The notes beneath the pieces are model-generated. The model made no database searches and was not told the DNA's origin. It saw only the letters and a program-made list of their open reading frames with translations. Made by a program: the position numbers and the translations under genes. DNA of 32,000 bases from Rickettsia typhi (GTDB lineage Bacteria > Pseudomonadota > Alphaproteobacteria > Rickettsiales > UBA1997). Positions 31,913 to 32,000 of this stretch are shown one piece after another. The number at the start of each line of letters is the position of its first letter. Position 1 is the stretch's first letter. The stretch is taken from positions 3,855-35,854 of the forward strand of contig CAMDCJ010000002.1 of NCBI GenBank assembly GCA_945890035.1, in the 5' to 3' direction.

Positions 31913-32000
31913 TTACTTAATATCCGAAACTACATTTTTGGTAATTGTTAGGCGCAAAGCGTTGACAATCGCGACGGCATCAATAATTTGTTGGGCAATT
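31913..32000 (-). CDS. 3' end of a CDS running off the window, possibly a heavy-metal P-type ATPase
   Basis: My own translation of the minus strand gives ...IAQQIIDAVAIVNALRLTITKNVVSDIK-stop (TAA at 31913-31915). The frame is open to the window edge. The ...V-N-A-L-R-L tail resembles the C-terminus of CopA-type ATPases as I recall it. The fragment is too short for the ORF track. Confidence 0.3.
   Translation of the reverse strand, partial: IAQQIIDAVAIVNALRLTITKNVVSDIK

Overview
This is an AT-rich, gene-dense bacterial chromosomal window with about 32 protein-coding genes. Spacers are mostly under 175 bp, the code is standard (TAA/TGA stops), and several genes share start/stop overlaps. Gene content is atpB-atpE-atpF'-atpF (duplicated b/b' subunits), nuoA-B-C, a lone nuoL, dapA, lysA, argG, folC, pheT, rimM, an ankyrin-repeat protein and tandem beta-barrel OMPs. 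This fits a reduced alphaproteobacterial, probably host-associated or intracellular genome; that is inference, as no rRNA is present to confirm it. I found no rRNA, tRNA, CRISPR array, transposase or integrase. The best candidate for an undescribed system is a translationally coupled three-gene cassette on the minus strand (6607-8748). It comprises an XRE-HTH::Panacea(DUF4065)-like antitoxin gene, a RelE/ParE-like toxin gene and a tightly coupled 333-aa gene I cannot place. It has its own operator-like TGTAAAT array (8805-8852) and abuts the only large non-coding tract in the window. That tract (5617-6606, 990 bp) is packed with GC-rich hairpins, a 26-bp perfect direct-repeat pair and a nested palindromic MITE-like element with perfect 35-bp arms. 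Diverged copies of one repeat unit occur elsewhere, including the nuoA-nuoB spacer. Other points of interest are an orphan prepilin-type/LamG/Cys-rich protein, a full-length but motif-degenerate PEP-carboxylase homologue, and a carB ORF that stops exactly at the boundary of the N-terminal half. There are also fragmented nuo, pheST and rimM operons and a secreted-protein/membrane-protein/ankyrin operon. All product calls rest on motif recognition by eye and from memory; no searches were run.
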